In this document: positions 12,059 through 25,425 of the stretch, piece after piece | Layout: the number at the start of each line of letters is the position of its first letter | Numbering within the stretch: position 1 is the first letter of the stretch | Assembly: GCA_015680685.1 (NCBI GenBank) | Contig: MNCI01000273.1 | Location: 90,324-154,323, forward strand | DNA length: 64,000 bases | Reading direction: 5' to 3' | DNA from: Gnetum montanum | Lineage: Eukaryota > Plantae > Gnetophyta | Notes under the pieces: model-generated | Seen by the model: only the letters and a program-made list of their open reading frames with translations | What the model was told of the DNA's origin: nothing | Database searches by the model: none | Program-made: the position numbers and the translations under genes

Positions 12059-15024
12059 TTAGCATAGGTGGCCATCTCCCCAATGACTGAGTTGTAAGGG
12101 AGAGATCCGAAATAGTGAGCGCCTATTTGAATTTCTAAGAAGTGCCCAACTTCTCCCAATTGATGATCTTAAGTTGAGGGGTGGAAGTTGGCGACGCTCA
12201 CGTTCCAATGTGTCTATGCCACGGTTGTTGGCATGAGTTTCCTCAGTTCGTTCCATGCATATTTGTTTGCCCCTATGAGAAGCTGTCAACCACAGGGTGT
12301 CTACTACTTCTTGTGTGGTTGCTACATACAGGCATCTTTGTTGCAGAGTTTCTTGGGCACACCTGTTACATGGAGACATTTCCTCCATGTCATCACCCGA
12401 TGAATCACTGTATGTGATGCATGGAACTATCCTCTTCTCGATCTTTCCACATATGTTTATCTTAGAGATTTCCAAGGAAAGATCGCGGATCCTAAGGCAT
12501 GCATCTACTGTGCTTAGCCATGCCCTTCCCATTATAATGGGGAAGTCCCCTTCGTTGTTGTTCACTTTGATCACTAGAAAGTTAGCTGGGTAGGACCAAC
12601 CACACCCAGTGGTAATAACGTCCTCCACCAATCCCAAGGGAATGGTGATGGACTGGTTTGCCAGCTCTAGTTGGATATTGCTCTTCTTAAGTTGTGGTAG
12701 GTTCCAGGCGTGATACATCTTTTGCGAAATTAAGTTGACTCCAGAACCTGAGTCAAGAAGAGCTCGATGTGGTGCATTTCCAGTGATTTGCAAATAAATA
12801 AATGGACTCCTAGGGTCAGTTAGTTTCTTGGGAAGGTGGCCTACCTTGATCCAGTCAGTTACGGTATGTGTTAACATAACTGTATGCATTACACTCCTTT
12901 GGATTGAAGGGTTCTTCGAAGCCTTAGTGGTTAGAGGCCTATACATGTACCCATCTACTTGTTGTTGCGAGAGTTTGTCTGGGCTCCTAGTTCTGGAAAA
13001 AGGTCTCTTCTTTGTACAGTTGTAGCCAGAACTAGCACTCGGTCAGATATTTACATGCTGAATATTTACAGCTCTCGCAGCATTACATTGCTACGGTTGG
13101 GTAGGCAATTCCCCCTGCATTGTTAGAATAGGTTGTATGGGAACTATAGGTGGAAGAGGTGCGGGTGGAGTTAGAGGATGGACAAAATGTGAGATTTCTC
13201 TCGGAGGAGAAGGAGTCCTTCTGAAGTACTCCCGAGCTTGGTAGTGATGTTGGGGGGTAGTGTGACCCATAGAGTCACCTAGAGAAACTGGCTGCTGCAC
13301 ATAATAACCATAAGAATCAGGCTGCCGGTAAGGGTATTGATGTGTTGGCAGTGGCATCGATGTTGTCCAATGGTTTGTGGAGGCATTCCACTTGGATAGT
13401 ACGTCAAGGGTTGGTGGAACTGCCTTGGATTACCTTGTGGGTAAGGTAACCTTCGGGGTGTTTGTCATTGATTAAGTCTTGGATTTAATGCATACACCCT
13501 AGACTCCTACAGATGTGAGATAATTGAGCAACATCCCTTAGGATGGTCATAGTAGTAGACCTCACATCCACTATCATTGTCTGAATCAGAATTTACAACC
13601 TCATCGAAGATAGGAATTTTTCCCTTACCCTTGTTATGTGCAGGGCTTAANNNNNNNNNNNNNNNNNNNNNNNNNNNNNNNNNNNNNNNNNNNNNNNNNN
13701 NNNNNNNNNNNNNNNNNNNNNNNNNNNNNNNNNNNNNNNNNNNNNNNNNNNNNNNNNNNNNNNNNNNNNNNNNNNNNNNNNNNNNNNNNNNNNNNNNNNN
13801 NNNNNNNNNNNNNNNNNNNNNNNNNNNNNNNNNNNNNNNNNNNNNNNNNNNNNNNNNNNNNNNNNNNNNNNNNNNNNNNNNNNNNNNNNNNNNNNNNNNN
13901 NNNNNNNNNNNNNNNNNNNNNNNNNNNNNNNNNNNNNNNNNNNNNNNNNNNNNNNNNNNNNNNNNNNNNNNNNNNNNNNNNNNNNNNNNNNNNNNNNNNN
14001 NNNNNNNNNNNNNNNNNNNNNNNNNNNNNNNNNNNNNNNNNNNNNNNNNNNNNNNNNNNNNNNNNNNNNNNNNNNNNNNNNNNNNNNNNNNNNNNNNNNN
14101 NNNNNNNNNNNNNNNNNNNNNNNNNNNNNNNNNNNNNNNNNNNNNNNNNNNNNNNNNNNNNNNNNNNNNNNNNNNNNNNNNNNNNNNNNNNNNNNNNNNN
14201 NNNNNNNNNNNNNNNNNNNNNNNNNNNNNNNNNNNNNNNNNNNNNNNNNNNNNNNNNNNNNNNNNNNNNNNNNNNNNNNNNNNNNNNNNNNNNNNNNNNN
14301 NNNNNNNNNNNNNNNNNNNNNNNNNNNNNNNNNNNNNNNNNNNNNNNNNNNNNNNNNNNNNNNNNNNNNNNNNNNNNNNNNNNNNNNNNNNNNNNNNNNN
14401 NNNNNNNNNNNNNNNNNNNNNNNNNNNNNNNNNATCTTCCCTTTTACTTTTACTCTCTCCATTATGCTCACGATGGTTGCGCCCAGATGTGGAAGGAGAG
14501 TGTGAATGGTGAGATGAAGGAGAAGAGGAAGGGGATCCATCACCATGGTGATGTTTCTTACCTTCTCTTCGGCTACTTTGGCCTCGATTGTTGTAATGAT
14601 CTAAGTGTCTATCCTTAGTATGAGTGGTTGTTCCTACCGTGAACAGTTGGTGCTCACGGGGATCAGAGCCTATAGCATGTATAGTTGATCGAAGGCCCTG
14701 ATGGTTAACCTCTCCACTAGAGTGAGGAGGAGGAACATCATTTTCTAAGAAACCCATTGTGAGGGGTTCCTCGTCTTCTATTTCACTAATGACATGGGGG
14801 ACCTTTCCCTTCAACAATGAATGTTGGCTCTCTTGCCTTGCATCCCTCATACGTTGCAAAGCGGTGGGATGATAATCCCTTATATGGTATCTTCCAGCAA
14901 CGTATTTAGCGAATAAGTCCTACATGTCAATCTGTGCCAATCCACGGAAAAGCATGTTTGGAACAGATCGATCTGGTGGTAAAAATATATTACCAAACAA
15001 ATCTCTCTCCAGCCAACTATTCAT
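12059..15024 (-). pseudogene. gag-pro: gag-protease polyprotein remnant of element A (interrupted by the N gap, stops and a frameshift)
   Basis: ATG at 15024 (MNSWLERDLFG...). The 12059-12946 ORF has an aspartic protease: LPKKLTDPRSPF...RALLDSGSGVNLI...PIIMGRAWL. Zn-knuckle-like GCEVYYYDHPKGCC near 13530-13570. Confidence 0.9.
13651..14433. other. Assembly gap (783 N) within the gag of element A
   Basis: Run of N. Its flanks align with element C at about 48560 and 49545, i.e. within gag. Confidence 0.99.
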
Positions 15025-15303
15025 CCTGATGGAGGGTAAAAGTGTAATCAGGAATATACTCATCGAGATGAGTATAAGTTATCGTATACTGTTTAGGACA
15101 TGGCTGGTCTCGGTTATGCATGTGATGCTGACTGTCTCCTGTGTTGTCCTTAGGTGAGTTAATTTCATGAGAAGAAGCCATCCTAATGGTGTGCTGTTTT
15201 TTACCATTAATTAATTTTTATTGATTAACTCGAAGGTTCGTTGGGGCTCACAACGATGTGAGTGATATCCCTTATGTTTACTTGGTGTAAAAAACACTTA
15301 GTC

Positions 15304-15321
15304 TCCCCGGCAACGGTGCCA
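15304..15321 (-). promoter_or_regulatory. Primer binding site, tRNA-Asp type (element A)
   Basis: rc TGGCACCGTTGCCGGGGA, one mismatch to the complement of the plant tRNA-Asp(GUC) 3' end. This PBS is typical of Athila. Confidence 0.9.
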
Positions 15322-15322
15322 A

Positions 15323-16427
15323 TGATGAGTGGCAAGGTACCCCTACACTCAACCATACGAATATGAGTGTGTACGCGTGATCCGGTCGAACTCCATAGAC
15401 TAAATGCCTTAACGCCACAAGAAACACTTGGGGTTAATCATTCGTTGTCTTCCCAAGCTTGCTTGTATGTCTCATGGTGTATGGTTAAGCAAGTCTGAGG
15501 TATATGATTTTTTTTGTATTTTTCAGTTTATCTCCTAAGCTATGAGGGAGAGGGTTGAGAAACTAACTAACTCTAACTAATGTCCTAAGTCTAAATTAAC
15601 TAGCATCAGCATCTGTTCCCACTTACCGGACACACCCTGAACTATGCAACTATGGCTACCAAACGCTAATCATTTCTAGGATCACCACACGTAACGCAAG
15701 TGCTCAAAGTGGTCATACTGAGGCACCTATTTAGCCTAAGTGTGATAAGCAGCCGATTCCTTGGCTAGTTGTACACACCCGTGGGTGCTCGTAGCCAAGT
15801 CGTACTTATCACACGTTCTAGCCTAGCGATGAGTAGTCGATTCCTTGACCAGCCGTACACATTGGACTACTACTGGGATTGCCAAGCGCAGATCCTGGAA
15901 TACGCTACTGGGTTACCAAGCAGTCACAATGCTCGTAATCAAGTCGTACTCACGCGTTGCGACAAGCAGCCGATTCCTTGATTAGCTGTACACACCTGTA
16001 GGTGCTCGTAATCAAGTCGTACTTGTGTGCACTAGGAAAGCAATAAATAACAACAAAATAAAACCATGTACTGCAAGGCTTATCCAATCAAGTTCATATT
16101 TATTGCCATACACAACTTTTGTTCAGGTTACAAAGTTTCTCGAATAAAGAGCCGTTCACTCTAGGACTCCTATTGTGGGCACATGGGAAATTAATCTAAC
16201 TCTGGAGTGTTCAAACTGCCAGAGCTTCGCTACTTCTAGCTAGGATTGGGAAATGAAGGGAGTGCCGCATCTTATTTATAGATATGACGGTGGACCGCGA
16301 TATCGCGTACATGATATCACATGGAGAGACGCGATATCGTGTACGCTATATCGCAGGGGATGCGATATCGTGTCGGCCGCGATATCGCGTACACGATATC
16401 GTGGCTTGTGCAATCTGCGTCTCATCA
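15323..16427 (-). repeat. 5' LTR of element A (1105 bp)
   Basis: Direct repeat of 9080-10136, 48 bp longer because of extra GATATC palindrome units. Confidence 0.95.
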
Positions 16428-17039
16428 CTTGTGAAAATGATGATTTGAAACACACAAAAAATAGGGAAGGGATAACTTAGCTAAGGGAGGAATAGCTCTT
16501 CACATTAAACCATATGAAAAATTTCAATGAAAAATGCATGAAACCTAGTTCTTTTTATATGGAGCATGAAACCATATGGAAAAGTTGAAAGGATTCGCTA
16601 GAACCTAGACATCAATAGTGCTCCTTTAGAACTATTATGATATGCTAGATTGTACCCAAGGAGGAAAAACATCCAAACCAAGAAACCAATGGGGTTGCAT
16701 TAGTTCCCCTAGGTTGATGTAATGGGTGCACTAGTATAGGGAAGCTAGCATACCCTTGCCATCATACTTCATATCCATTTTTTTTGAATGAATGTTGGGA
16801 TGCATAGGAACATATGATATCTTTCCAAGGGTCTCTTAATGAAGCTGGAAAATTCCTGAGAATCCTAAAACATGCTCCAAAATAACATATCTGAACTAAA
16901 AGGTAATTATGCAAATGTGGTAGATAGAAACCTTAGCCATGCACATGAAAACCACAAAAACTAAGTGCTTGAGACGCATCCCAAATTCAAGGCTTAAAAT
17001 GGCTTCCAAAACTCCAATGGATGATTCATCAACTAGGTC

Positions 17040-17230
17040 ACAGATACTAACTAATACTAATTGATTTTATTGAGAGAGAATAAGAAACAAAAAATTGGCA
17101 TATTTTGGATTATAAATATCAGTTGATACTAATTAATTTTGATGAGAGGAAATAAGAAATAAGAAATTTATAGGTGATGGATTATAATTATCAACTAATA
17201 TTGAATGATTTTATTGAGAGGGAATAAGGC
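17040..17230. repeat. Degenerate tandem repeat, about 70-bp unit, about 3 copies
   Basis: Recurrent ACTAATAYTRAWTGATTTTATTGAGAGRGAATAAG-like unit. Confidence 0.65.
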
Positions 17231-17649
17231 TCAAAATATGATCATTCAAATCTCACAATTTAATGCATATTGTAGATGTACAATGAATGTATATAAATAT
17301 TTTTTTATAATAGTATTAGGACAGTAGCTAAATTCTTAAGATGACAAAGATATATGTTTGTGTCAGGTATGATAAAACTTACTATTATTTAGAATCTAAT
17401 GCACTACTTATAATATGAATAATGTCATCATTCGACATAAGTAAGTACTAATAGATACTAAACTAATATAAATTGAGCACACTTACAATATATGTAATAT
17501 TAAATGAATTTTTAGTGAAATTATGTAATTAAAATTATAATATTTGCAAATAAATTCATTGTCTTAATGTTAAACACTAAATCCAATAATAATGAAACCA
17601 AAACATTTTACCACAAAAATCACTTACTTGAAAATCAATTAATTAACAA

Positions 17650-17830
17650 TGATTATTTACCCACATAGTTACAATGACCATTGTATGAAACATTATTACA
17701 TTGATCATTTCATGAAACATTATTACACAATTCATTTTCCAAAACATTATTGTAATCATTATTTTTAAAAAATAGTTACACTAGCCATTTTACCAAATAG
17801 TATTACACTGATCATTTTATCAAATATTTT
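17650..17830. repeat. Degenerate minisatellite, about 27-bp unit
   Basis: Repeated TGATCATTT...AAACATTATTACA-like units. Confidence 0.6.
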
Positions 17831-19599
17831 CCAAGTTGTAAAGTTTCAAAAATAGAAAAAACTAACTATTTGTAATAGTCAAAAATAAGATTTATGACCA
17901 CAAAAAAATAAAATTTCAAAGAACTTATAAGCTCAACTATGTTGATTGTTCATGAAAATTTTGAAATCCTTCCTAAGTTAATTGTACATGTAAATTTAAA
18001 CTTAGAAATCCTTACTAACCCTAAGGAAATGCTAGAGATCATAGAGAATTAATTAAAAATATCAAAGACCATATGGAAATAGGGAAGAAAATGCTTTGAC
18101 ATACTATGTTAGGTAGTGACAATGATGAGATGATAGTGAGAATTAGGTGAGGAGATGAGGACAAAGATGTAGCAAAGTAGACAACAGTAATAGTATAGGC
18201 AATGGTAACAAAGAAGGCAATGATGATAGCACAAGAGACAAAAACTACACCAATAATGGAGATGATAGGAGAACTAATGGTTGGTGATGATGATGTAGTA
18301 GGAAATAATGATGGAAGGTAGATAATGATGAAGATAAGAGAGGGTGGAAACAAATGATTCTTTGAGTAGGAATCTAAATTTTCAATGTCTAATTTGAAAA
18401 ATAGAATGACTATATGTTATGATATGTTCCCATTTTTAATTATAATTTTCATAGGATTATTAATTTATAAATTTATTTACTTAAAATTTTTCTTTTAAAA
18501 AATAAATTTTTTTACCAAATCTAACTTCATGACTGATGCTTCTATTTTGTTATGCTATGTTAACTATGTAAAATTTGTTTTTTCTCAAAGAAAAATTCAT
18601 ATTCATAGGCAAAAATATGTATGCTAGCTCTTATACCAAGGAGGTAGTAAGCATAATTTTTACTATTGTTTGTTAATTTCTTGTGTAATTATAGACAATA
18701 ATTATCTTCAAAATTACATGCATAATTGTAACATAGTGTAACATGTGTACATCCAAAGTAGCATAAGGAAAGATATTTTTCCTTTACACAAGTCCAACAT
18801 TATGAATGATTAATTTATTCATCATTATAGGGGGATGTTAGAACTTGAAATATTTTTTAAATAATATTTACTCTCGAAGCCTTTTAAAGCATGTAATTAA
18901 TCCAAGACTCCAAGGGTTATATCTAACAAAAGCTTATAAAAGATATAAAAGCTTTAAGAGCTATATTTATCATGATACATTAAAACCATAAAACCTTAAC
19001 ATTAGTTTTAGGAGTTGAGGATTAAAGATAAACTTATACCATATGTATTTTAAAAATATAAAAACTAAATCCTCACAATTTGATATATAGTATCCAACAT
19101 CAAACAATTAGCTTTAGGCTTAGTGCTAAGATTATAGACTTGGTAATTCCAACTCATATGTTTAACTACACTAGCCATTTTTGAATAAAAAGTTCATTAA
19201 AAGAAACATATGAGTTGTTTACTATGCATACTTAGCTTATAATATATACTTAGTTTATTCTTGAGTCCACATTGTCTTTTCAAACACATGAGTTATTTTG
19301 TATTTGTAATTAATTTATAAGTGTCTATTATGCATAATTACCTTCCAAGTTGGGATGAACATTAGGCATTGATATTTCTGTACATTAGTTTTGGGATTAA
19401 TAGGCATATGATTGATTTCTTGTTATATGTAAGACAAGTGTATGCACATAATGTTGATTTATCAACCAATACATATTATTAGTGTAGTTGTAGTTAAGTA
19501 ACTACTTATGATTTTGGAATAGCCCCTAAACCGTAAATCCTAAATACATGATACATTCATCCATACTTATTTTATTTAACAATAGTCATATTGTATAAA

Positions 19600-20340
19600 T
19601 GAGATGGTAAAGAGCTAAATAATCCTATGTTCAATATCATGGTCTTAACTTCTAGTGAGAATCACATAAGGTCAATGATCTCAAATGAAGAGTATCATGG
19701 TCTTAAATAAATAAACCTAGATTTGGTACTAGGGCCTCCAATTCTAATAAGAATCACATAATTTCAAAATCCATGTGATGGTAATGGGATGACTAATCCT
19801 AGTTATGGAACCAAGGTCTCTACTTTTGATTTGTGCAATTACATATGGTTGATCTATGAAGAATCATAGATCATAAGTATCATGATAATAGGATGACTAA
19901 ACCTAGCTTTAAGACTATGGTCTCTACTTCTAATGAGAATCACACCATGCTAAATCCATGTGATGATACCAAAGTCTCTATCAAAGTCTAAGAGTCTCAT
20001 TTGAAGCACTAATTCAAACATCAATAGGCTTGAAAAATGCTATTTTCATGTTTAAGAAGTTGTAGAGATCATTGAGCATGATTAGGAATCTTATCTTTTT
20101 AGTGTTGATATTCTATAATGTATTTCCTAGTGCATTTTACAAAATATGCTATGAAAAAATTTACATTGAATATTTTTACATTGAATAGATTTTACATTTT
20201 AAGCTAAGATTACATTAAAAAAATTCCAAGCAAAAATGCCACCAATTAAATTTTTGAAAATGAGTTAGAGGCCTACTTTCATGCCTAATCTCTACTTCTG
20301 AGTTATGAAACAAGGCTTTTGTATTTCAAACAATAAATAA
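19600..20340 (+). repeat. Degenerate 80-85-bp array (X) followed by a roughly 360-bp block (Y); homologous to 43090-44050
   Basis: Block Y (TATCAAAGT.TAAGA.TCT.ATTTGAAGCACTA...AATTTACATTGAATATTTTTA) recurs at about 43092-43460. The array unit recurs at about 43480-44050. Confidence 0.7.
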
Positions 20341-21589
20341 ATTTCTTTTGATGTGTTTCATTGATTTTTATTTGTTGTTTTTTTGAGACCCAAAGAATTT
20401 CAACAAAGAATGATAAAAAAACACTAAAAATCTACTACACAAGCTCTTACATCACACTTTCTTTCATAGATGTTGAATCATGTTGATAAAATAGGATGTA
20501 AAGTTGATATTTGGAATTGAAAAGGTATGCAAGAAATATTTTCATTATGAAAGGAATGACATCTATGACTCTGACACACAAGTTTCTGGCCACAATATGG
20601 TTCTATGGATTATGTGTCAATCACATTTTTCTTTTCTTTTCTTTTCTTTTCCTTTTTCTTGGTAGGTCATAAAAACTAACTATAATTTGTTCATAAAAAG
20701 CTATTATTCTAGAAACAGTGATCCATTGTGATGAACTTAGCATTTTTTTATGATAGTTATAGTCCAACATTTGTTGAACTTCATGATGGTTTTCTCTCTT
20801 CTTTTGAGAGGTAAAGATTCTTTTACCATTCCTGCTAGTGTTCGTCAACAAGTTTAAATGACATTTTTATAGACATTAGGCTATTAAGACATTATAGTAT
20901 TAGTATATTTGTATTGGACATTTAAGCACGTGCAATTCCTACTTTCATGTGGCATAGGGTTAGTAATTCATATGAGTGATATTGAATAGGAATAGGTGGA
21001 ATGATATGAAAGGTAAAGTTTGATAGTTGATATTATGATGAAAAATAGTATCATAGAAGGAGATAAAAAAGGAAAGGAGGAAGGAAACTTTAGTTAACAT
21101 AGCCAAATAATCTAATGAGGTACAATTTTCCAAAGTTACAAGGTAACATGATGCTTTGATGAATATCATCTTCATGACACCTTTCAATGAAACTTGTCAA
21201 CACAACCAGGATGTAACCAATTAGCCACTTCAAAGACATACAAACATTTAAATATAGAAAGAGTAGTGAAAATAGAAAACAAGTTGTGTTTGTGTTTGAA
21301 ACATATGTTCGATGATTTAGATACCATCAATAGAGAGCAATCTTAAAGGCTCTATTAGCATGCATGCATGATAAGATTAATAATGCTTATAGTAGTTTGT
21401 AGTTCTTTTGAAATAGAACTAGGAATACAATGTGTTGAAGGAGATGTATTTGCTCACTTCTCTGTAGTTGAATGAAAAAATTATTTATTTCAACTATGCT
21501 TAGTTTAATATTTAACAAAATAAAAAATGAAACTAAGAGAAATAAGATCAAAATTAGATGTAATATTATTGTAGATATGAATGGTTGAT

Positions 21590-24500
21590 TAGATTGAATA
21601 GCTTAGTTCCATTCATATTAGAAATTTTGAATGTGCCACTGCCAAAGGCCTTAGTGACTAGAAATGGCCCCTTCTAATTTGGCTCTAACTTGTTAGCAAG
21701 TTCAGGAATAACTTTTACAACTATGTCACCTTCTTTAATTTTTCACTAATTTAGGTTGATGTGTTGTCATTGCCTTTTCGTTTCTTGGTATCACTTGATA
21801 TCAACAAGTGCTTGTAAGTAGTGTTTATATGCAAAGTCAAGGTTGATGATGTCCTATGTATAAATTTGATCTTTATTAATATGATCAAATAAGACTACTC
21901 TCAATGATGGATCTATAATTATAAAGGAAAGATATTGTTAGATTCATATACAAGGTTGTAAGATGTGATAGTAGTTATGGTACAAAAAGTTTTTCTAAAA
22001 TCCTATAGTATGTATAATAGTTGTTGATGTCATTTTCTTTTGTTACTAATTATGATCTTCTTAAGAAGGTTGATTATAGTCTTGTTACTAGCTTGTACCT
22101 AACCATTTTCTTGTGGGTAATATGGTGTAGAAAATGAATGTTGGATACCTAATTATTTATAGAAAGATTTTGTTTTACTACTACTAAATTAAGACCTAGT
22201 ATCCATAATGATAGTAAGTGATAGGTCAAATTAGGAAATGGCCAAATCATGAAACGATGTTATTAAGTATAAACTAGCAAACTTGTTGCAATGTTATCTA
22301 TCTTAATGAGATGTCTTCTACCCATTTTGTAAAGTATTCTATGGTAGTAATGATGAAACTATGACCTACAAATGACTTAGGTGTTATGAGTACACTAATA
22401 ATGAGACCCCAACATTGGAAGGACCAAGTTATCTATATTGTATGTAATTCTATTGGTGGAACATGAATAAGGTCACTATGTCATTGATAAGTGTCATAAG
22501 GTTTTACTTTTTTCATGTAGTCATGCTTCATATAAAGCAAATAACAACCTAAACACCCAATCTTGGTAGTCATAGATCTAGCTCGAGTATGTCCTTCACA
22601 TAGACCTTCATGCACTTATTGTAAATTATCTAAGCTTGATATTTTTCAAGGAAAACTAATAATATAAAATCATATAATTTTTTACATAGTATGTTATTGG
22701 CTATGATAGTACATTATTCAACTCTCTTGCATATAACATCCTTTTAGGTTGAACCTAAATGTTGAGGAAGTTCATCATATGGTAGGTAATACTTAATATC
22801 ATCAAACCACTTAGGTTGAATATCATTATTTATAATGGTGATAAAAATGTCTTTGTGTTCTTGCATTATGGGTTAAGATTAGGCTACTATCATTGATGGT
22901 AATTTATATAGAACTTCAAGAGTTACAATTAACAGGAAAGTAGCTATGGCATCTACTTAGGCGTTTTCATTATAAGAGATATGTTGGATGTTAGTGTATT
23001 TAAAGATTTCAATTAAATTTTATCCAAGTTATGGTATGATAATAGATGTTTAACTTTACAAGAAGAGACATAACAAGAAGTTAAAAATCACCCTTAATAA
23101 TTAGCTAAGTAAACCTTTGATTATGAGCCACCATGAGCATGTAAATAAGACCTTCATACTTACCAACATTATTAGTACATGGGAAGTGAAACATAAAAAT
23201 AAAAATAAAAGATGTCACCTAAATGAAAGAGGAGAATGATTGTAGTGCTAGCCTCATGTATGTTAGATGCCCCATCAAAATTGTATATGACTTCAAATCG
23301 TTTGGGTAGACTTTTAATAGCTTTGATATGCTCATCTAGAAATCCAAGTTCTATGGTACTATTGTCTATGATAGGGAGTGCAACCATTTGACTAGTGATA
23401 GCCTATCCTTTAGTTGTAGTTTGTGAAATGAAATGTAAATCAAATTGGACTACTATGGATTTATATTGAGCTATCTTATTGTTTTGATATATATTAGAGA
23501 TGATAACCCTTAATACATTGTCTTTACAAATAATGTTTGCCTTTTCTTAGAAAAGGTAGTCTCGCCACTTATTTATGGAATAAACTAAAGATAAGTAATT
23601 CCTTTCAACTATGATGTAGTAGGTTTCATAGGCCCCAAGGGTGTGAGTTAGAGATAATAGATAGGTGTGTAGACCCATCTTATTGTCTTTGACAAAGTAA
23701 TAAAGCTATAGACATGTAAGAATGCCAAGTATATGTAAAATAAATTTTCTTTTTATGACAAGTACATTGTTAAAAATCAAGTTAATTCTTGCTTGTTTTC
23801 ATCAAAGGTAGTTTGGCGCTTGTCATCCCAATTAAAATTGACATCCCTTTTGAGTAAGTGTTACATAGGTTGTAGTTTATTACTTAATATAAATATGTAC
23901 TTATGAATGAATTGCAAACTTCCTTCTATACATTATAGTTCTTTAAGGTTATTAGGGATTAACATGTTCATTATGACTTTGAATTTATCTAGGTTAATAT
24001 GTATTTCTACTTTTGAGACTTAGAAACCAAGCATTTTTTTTATTTTAATAGTAAAAACACATTTCTTTAGACTAAAGATCATACTCAAGATAGCATTGTA
24101 GAACAACATGTAAGTGTTCAACATGGTTGCTAGCTATTTTTAATTTCACTACTATTTCATCTACATAATCATTTACTAGGCTATGCATAAGATCATTGAA
24201 AACGTATGTCATAGGTCATTGATATGTTGCCCCAATATTCTTTAATAACAAAATGTCCCCCAAGGTGTCATGAAAATTATATATAACTAATGTTATGGGT
24301 TAATTCTAATTTTTTTATATCCTAAAAACTCATCCATAAAGGATAGTAATTCAGGACTTGCTATTATATCAACAAGTTGGTCAATACATGGAAGAGAAAA
24401 TCATCTTTAATTATTTATTTGTTAAGGTTGTAGAAAATCTGTATATATATATATATATATATGATTTCTCTCGTTTTTCTTAGGTACTATAACCATATTG

Positions 24501-24900
24501 GAAATTCAATCTATGAAATTCATTTCTCTGATGAAACCAACTTAATATCATTTGTTAATTTTATCATGAATGTCCAAGTCTAGGTCACGAAAAAATTTAC
24601 AAACATTTTGTTTGACTAACCTAATCTTAGGATCTAATACTATATTATGTTGGATCATCCACAAGTCTCATACTAACATGACATCATAGGACTATGCAAA
24701 GACTTCAACATTCTTTTATACTATCTTAATAAATTTGTGTATGTGCTCTAACTTTAAGGTAGAGCTTAGTTTTAGGATTTCTTTTTCATCTTTTTGATTA
24801 GCAACCAAGGTTTCTATGAGGGTATCCTCAATTATATCATCAACTTCTATGTCTAGCATTCGTATTAGATGTTTAGGCCACTTGGTAGGCTTGTCAATAG
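21590..24900 (-). pseudogene. pol: Decayed Tat/Ogre-type Ty3/gypsy pol (RT-RH-aRH-INT)
   Basis: RT KNIGATYQ*PMTYVFNDLMHSLVNDYVDEIVVK at about 24150-24245. Extra RNase H YNFDGASN at about 23270. INT WSFQCWGL..LITPKSFVGH at about 22360-22430. C-terminal KLEPN*KGPF at about 21660-21690. Confidence 0.9.
24442..24462. repeat. (TA)n microsatellite inside the RT remnant
   Basis: TATATATATATATATATATAT at the position expected for the R.C.DF motif. Confidence 0.9.
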
Positions 24901-25425
24901 TTGAGATATATTCTTGAAGGTTAATAGAATTAATATCTAAATAGCTTTGTTCTAACTATCAAATGATGTTGTAAAATTATCAAAAAATACATAATGGATT
25001 TATCAATTGCTTCCACATTTCCATTAGTAAGCCTTGGACATCATAGAATAAAAACAAAGATCACATAGCATCCATTTACATCATTTTGAGAAAATAAAAG
25101 TCAACGAATATACTACGTATATAAAATAATCATGCTTTCATCAACTACATTATATGAGATGGTTTTAACATTAGGATGGACTATAAAACATCATACATAC
25201 TTCCAAAAAAAGCATAGGTCTTCACTAGAAATCATAATGTAGAAAAATTTTCATGGGTAAATATTATAGATAACATAGAATATACAAATCGAAAGAAATG
25301 TGCTATTCATTATAACAATATTGCATTCTAAAGTTTATGCTGATTAGTATTGCCTCAACATATTTCATGCAATTTATGCTAGTTACCATAAATACATTTA
25401 ATGCTATGCAACATAAATACAATGT

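Larger units (their letters stand above)
9080..16427 (-). mobile_element. Element A: complete non-autonomous Athila-like LTR element (gag-protease; no RT, RH or INT)
   Basis: LTRs 9080-10136 and 15323-16427 (TGATGAG...CTCATCA). TSD CTTGT at 9075-9079 and 16428-16432. Near-perfect tRNA-Asp PBS. PPT at 10137-10149. Its LTR pair looks the most similar and CpG-rich, so it is probably the youngest element. Confidence 0.95.

Noticed and set aside
13507-14859. Long ORFs of 300-450 aa in the ORF track, and the possibility that the gap hides pol
   Set aside because: They are artefacts of translating Ns. The gap lies within gag upstream of PR, and ungapped sister C has only about 1 kb of gag there.
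15304-15321. tRNA-Asp gene
   Set aside because: Only the 3' 18 nt match and they abut an LTR, so this is a PBS (same at 50411-50428).
20471-21202. Possible LTR with TGTTGA...TCAACA ends for the first Tat/Ogre pol
   Set aside because: No matching TSD, no convincing PPT and no partner copy found.
21590-24900. Tat/Ogre pol as the helper of elements A-D
   Set aside because: It belongs to a different lineage from the Athila-like PBS and protease, the related second copy has different LTR ends, and it is more decayed than A and C.
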